64,000 bases of DNA, from NCBI GenBank assembly GCA_947490345.1, contig CANLGL010000006.1, forward strand, positions 52,699 through 116,698, written 5' to 3'. This DNA is from Deltaproteobacteria bacterium (lineage in GTDB: Bacteria; Myxococcota_A; UBA796; SXON01). This document shows positions 60,531-64,000 of the stretch, piece after piece; the stretch's first letter is position 1, and each line of letters begins with the position of its first letter. The translations under genes were made by a program, and so were the position numbers. Below the pieces are notes generated by a model. That model had not been told where the DNA came from, did not search any database, and saw only the letters and a list, made by a program, of their open reading frames with translations.

Positions 60531-61805
60531 GTGCTCATCCTCCTCTTGCTCAGTTGCCGCCCGGTCTCCTCCATTGGCCTCAACACCGACGACACCGAAG
60601 ACACCGGCGATTCCGGCGCTCCGGTCGACGACTCGAGCGAGGAGCTCCCGGGAGACGCGGATACCGACACCGACAGCGATACCGACACCGACACCGCCGC
60701 TGATGTCGACAACGCCGCTCTCTACGAAGCTTTCTTCGATCCGGCGGTGATCCAGACCGTCGACCTCACCCTCAGCGACAGGGCTATCAGCTCCCTCAAT
60801 CGCAACGGAGACGAGTACGTCGAGGGCGACGTCGTGGTCAACGGCACCCAACTCCTTGGGGTCGGCGTCCGACTCAAGGGGTCCAGCACCTACATGGACC
60901 TCGACTGCAGCGACGGGTACTGCAAGGCCGCGTTCAAGATCAAGACGGACGAGTTCGACCCCGAGCAGAAGTACGCGACCCTCCAGCGCATCACGCTCAA
61001 CAACATGGGCACCGACTACATCCAATCGCGAGAGGTCATCGTCTATTCGCTCCTCCACGACCAGTCCCAGTTGGCATCGCGATCAAGTTTTGCGCGGGTG
61101 ACGCTCAACGGCGAGTCCATGGGACTCTACGCCAATGTCGAAGCGATGGATGACGAGTGGATCGAGAAGCGCTTCGCTGACTCCACCGGAAACCTGTGGG
61201 CCACCGCGTCGGGCGGCGCGGAGTTCTCCGAGACCGGAATGTACTTCTGGGAGATCAACAACGGCACCGGGGAAAAGGACCAGCTCCGCGCCGTGATGGC
61301 AGTCCTGGACAGTTGGGGCGGCGACTTCTTCGGTGAGCTCGGCGCCGTCATCAACGTCGAGCAGTTCCTGGACTACTGGGCGTGGTGTGCGGCGGTGGGA
61401 AACTACGACGGCTACCCCTTCCATAGCAACGATGTCATCCTCTACGAAGACCCCAGCGACGCGCGCCGACTGGTGTTCATGCCGTGGGGCGAGGACGAGA
61501 CCTTCAACGAGTACGAGAGCACCGGCGAGACCTGGAACACCGCCTACCTGCGCTTGGGCTACAAGTGTCTCGAAGACGCGGCCTGCGTCGCCGAGCTGAA
61601 ACTGCGCATCGAGATCGCGGTCGACGCCTTCGACGAGGCCGACATGCTCACCCGCGCCCAGGCCGCCTGGGACCTCACCGAGGCGGATGTCCAGACCGAT
61701 CCCAAGCGCCCGTTCACACCAGACTACGTGTGGTACTACCGTGATTATTACGCGGGCGTGATCGACGGCTACGACGACTACGTGAGGGCGAAGGTCGGCA
61801 TTTGA
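60531..61805 (+). CDS. CotH-family kinase lipoprotein
   Basis: MLILLLLSC; DT repeats; VGVRLKG, KAAFKI, LNN, GLYANVE, DGY and PWGED motifs. Confidence 0.88.
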   Translation: MLILLLLSCRPVSSIGLNTDDTEDTGDSGAPVDDSSEELPGDADTDTDSDTDTDTAADVDNAALYEAFFDPAVIQTVDLTLSDRAISSLNRNGDEYVEGDVVVNGTQLLGVGVRLKGSSTYMDLDCSDGYCKAAFKIKTDEFDPEQKYATLQRITLNNMGTDYIQSREVIVYSLLHDQSQLASRSSFARVTLNGESMGLYANVEAMDDEWIEKRFADSTGNLWATASGGAEFSETGMYFWEINNGTGEKDQLRAVMAVLDSWGGDFFGELGAVINVEQFLDYWAWCAAVGNYDGYPFHSNDVILYEDPSDARRLVFMPWGEDETFNEYESTGETWNTAYLRLGYKCLEDAACVAELKLRIEIAVDAFDEADMLTRAQAAWDLTEADVQTDPKRPFTPDYVWYYRDYYAGVIDGYDDYVRAKVGI

Positions 61806-62581
61806 GGACCCTCGTTCCGCTTCCGACCGTGGTTTTTGTTCACGGTGCGTGGATGAACGCAAGCTCGTGGCGTCCGTGGGTCGAGCGCTTCGAGTCCCGG
61901 GGATACCGAGCGATCGCTCCCTCCTGGCCCCATGACGACCGACCGGTCGCCGAGCTGCGAGCCAGCCCGGACCCCGCCCTCGGGGACATCGGGGTCGAGG
62001 AGATCGTCGCCCACTACGAGGCCGTCATCCGCGCGCTGGACGGGCCGGTGGTGCTCGTCGGCCACAGCTTCGGTGGCTTGTTCGTGCAGATGCTTTTGGA
62101 GCGTGGGATGGGGACGGCGGGAGTCGCCATCGACCCTGCGCCCCCGCGCGGCGTGCTCCCAAGCTGGAACGCCTTGCGGGCGGGCCTTCCCGTGCTGTTC
62201 GGCGGCGGCCCCATCGCCCAGATGAGCTTCGCCCAGTTCCAATGGGGCTGGACGCACACCCAGCCCGAAGCGGAGCAGCGCGCCGCCTACGACAACTTCG
62301 TGGTGCCGACGCCCAAGAAGCTCTATCAGCAAGGCGCCAACGCGCCGTTCACCAAGCTCCTGGCCCTCGATCCCACCCGCCGCACCCAGCCGCTGCTGCT
62401 CGTCGCCGGCCTCGAGGATCGCACCGTCAGCGCCTCGATGGTGCGCGCCACCCACCGGCTCCAAAAGGGTTCGCCCGCGCCGGTCACGCTCAAAGAGTAT
62501 CCGGGCCGCACCCACTGGATCGTGCAGCAACCAGGGTGGGAAGAGGTCGCCGACGACACGATCGCGTGGCTCCAGGCGTGA
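61802..62581 (+). CDS. Alpha/beta hydrolase
   Basis: HGAW, GHSFGG, ED.TV and H triad motifs. Confidence 0.9.
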   Translation: MRTLVPLPTVVFVHGAWMNASSWRPWVERFESRGYRAIAPSWPHDDRPVAELRASPDPALGDIGVEEIVAHYEAVIRALDGPVVLVGHSFGGLFVQMLLERGMGTAGVAIDPAPPRGVLPSWNALRAGLPVLFGGGPIAQMSFAQFQWGWTHTQPEAEQRAAYDNFVVPTPKKLYQQGANAPFTKLLALDPTRRTQPLLLVAGLEDRTVSASMVRATHRLQKGSPAPVTLKEYPGRTHWIVQQPGWEEVADDTIAWLQA

Positions 62582-62658
62582 TATAGCAGGCGTCCCCTCG
62601 CGGTCCTCCCGGCCCGCACCTCGTTGCCCCTCCCTCGCCCTGCTCCACCCGGCGCCGC

Positions 62659-64000
62659 ATGGAACTGCTCACCACCTCCCTCGCCGAGGCCGCGCGCCGA
62701 CGCTACCTCAGCTACGCGCTCAGCGTCATCAAGGCGCGGGCGCTGCCGGATGTGCGCGACGGCCTCAAGCCAGTGCACCGCCGCATCCTGTACGCGATGT
62801 TCCACGACCAGAAGCTCACGCCCGAGGCGCGGTACAAGAAGTGCGCGGCCATCGTCGGTGATGTGCTCGGCAAGTACCACCCCCACGGCGACAGCTCGGT
62901 CTACGAGGCGCTGGTGCGGATGGCGCAGCCCTTTTCGCTACGCCATCCTTTGGTGGATGGTCAGGGAAACTTCGGCAGCATCGACGGTGACAATGCCGCG
63001 GCCTATCGCTACACCGAAGCCAAGCTGACCGCGATCGCGGTGGAGCTGCTCGCCGAGCTGAAGCAGAACACCGTCGACACCCGGAAGACTTACGACGGAC
63101 AGAACACCGAACCCGTGGTTCTGCCTGCCCAGTTTCCCAATCTACTGGTGAACGGGAGCGAGGGTATCGCGGTCGGCATGGCGACCAACATCCCACCGCA
63201 CAACCTGCGGGAAGTCATCGACGCCTGCCTGATGTTGCTCGAAGACCCGGATTCCTCGATCGCGCAGCTGTGCCGCAAGGTCAAAGGGCCCGACCTGCCC
63301 ACCGGCGGAGAGATCACGACGGGTGCTGACGAGCTCCACCAGATGTATGAGCTGGGCCAGGGCACCGTCAAAGTGCGGGGAACCTGGGATACCGAAACGA
63401 AAGGCCGCAAACACTTCGTGATCATCAACTCGGTGCCTTACGGAGTCAACAAGGCAAAGATGGTCGAGGAGATTGGCGATCTCGTCGTCCAGAAGAAACT
63501 TCCGCAGATCGTCGATGTGCGTGATGAGAGCACCGACATCGTGCGGGTGGTGCTGGAGCTTCGGCAACAGGGTGACGAAAGCGCGGCGTTGGCCTTCCTC
63601 TACAAGCACACCCGCCTCGAAGAGGCCATCCACGTCAACATGACGGCGCTGGTCCCCACCGAAAACCCGGAGTCTGCCGCCCCGGAGCGACTGGACCTCA
63701 AGCGCATGCTCCAGCACTGGCTGGACTTCCGCATCGAGACGGTGCGGCGCCGCCTGGAGTACGAGCTGGGACGGCTGCGCGAGCGCATCCACATCCTCGA
63801 AGGCTTCGCCAAGATCTTCGACTGCCTCGACGAGGCCATCCGGATCATCCGCGCGTCAGAAGGTCGTCGCGACGCCGCTGAAAAGCTCATGGTCCGCTTC
63901 GACCTCGACGACGTACAGGTCGACGCCATCTTGGAGCTGAAGCTCTACCGCCTGGCCAAACTCGAGATCCTGGTCATCCAGGAGGAGCTCGGGGAAAAGC
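62659..64000 (+). CDS. Type IIA topoisomerase subunit A (GyrA/ParC), 3'-truncated by the window edge; absent from the ORF track
   Basis: Manual translation: [52 protein letters not shown] and [15 protein letters not shown]. Gyrase versus topo IV cannot be resolved without the C-terminus. Confidence 0.95.
   Translation, partial: MELLTTSLAEAARRRYLSYALSVIKARALPDVRDGLKPVHRRILYAMFHDQKLTPEARYKKCAAIVGDVLGKYHPHGDSSVYEALVRMAQPFSLRHPLVDGQGNFGSIDGDNAAAYRYTEAKLTAIAVELLAELKQNTVDTRKTYDGQNTEPVVLPAQFPNLLVNGSEGIAVGMATNIPPHNLREVIDACLMLLEDPDSSIAQLCRKVKGPDLPTGGEITTGADELHQMYELGQGTVKVRGTWDTETKGRKHFVIINSVPYGVNKAKMVEEIGDLVVQKKLPQIVDVRDESTDIVRVVLELRQQGDESAALAFLYKHTRLEEAIHVNMTALVPTENPESAAPERLDLKRMLQHWLDFRIETVRRRLEYELGRLRERIHILEGFAKIFDCLDEAIRIIRASEGRRDAAEKLMVRFDLDDVQVDAILELKLYRLAKLEILVIQEELGEK

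Noticed and set aside
62624-63929. ORF-track entries in the last 1.4 kb
   Set aside because: All are shadows of the open-ended topoisomerase A subunit gene starting at 62659.

Overview
GC-rich, densely coding chromosomal segment. The gene repertoire (Ser/Thr kinases, PEGA/TPR proteins, CotH kinases, a Uma2 endonuclease, many lipoproteins) suggests a Myxococcota/deltaproteobacterial lineage, which is an inference. It runs from a cellulose synthase operon (bcsA, an unknown Zn-ribbon membrane gene, and bcsB cut at the left edge) through a kinase-TPR-substrate-binding-protein operon, an FHA-ABC transporter operon, feoAB, rlmD, ctaA/ctaB, an amidohydrolase, a MATE pump, malic enzyme, mazEF, a ferredoxin, an S46 peptidase and two CotH kinases, to a type IIA topoisomerase A subunit cut at the right edge. 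I found no rRNA, tRNA, CRISPR array or transposase. The most notable signals are: (1) an unknown gene translationally coupled between bcsA and bcsB; (2) many secreted proteins and lipoproteins with ultra-short signal peptides lacking a basic n-region; (3) a Uma2 cassette flanked by a 93-bp direct repeat of a neighbouring gene start; (4) an in-frame UGA at a normally Cys position of a kinase, followed by a hairpin; (5) several palindromic intergenic repeat elements; (6) frequent leaderless-type TANNNT-N5-7-start arrangements; (7) a C10 tract in a candidate promoter of an orphan operon; and (8) scattered toxin/defence gene remnants. All family calls come from motifs read by eye; no database search was run.
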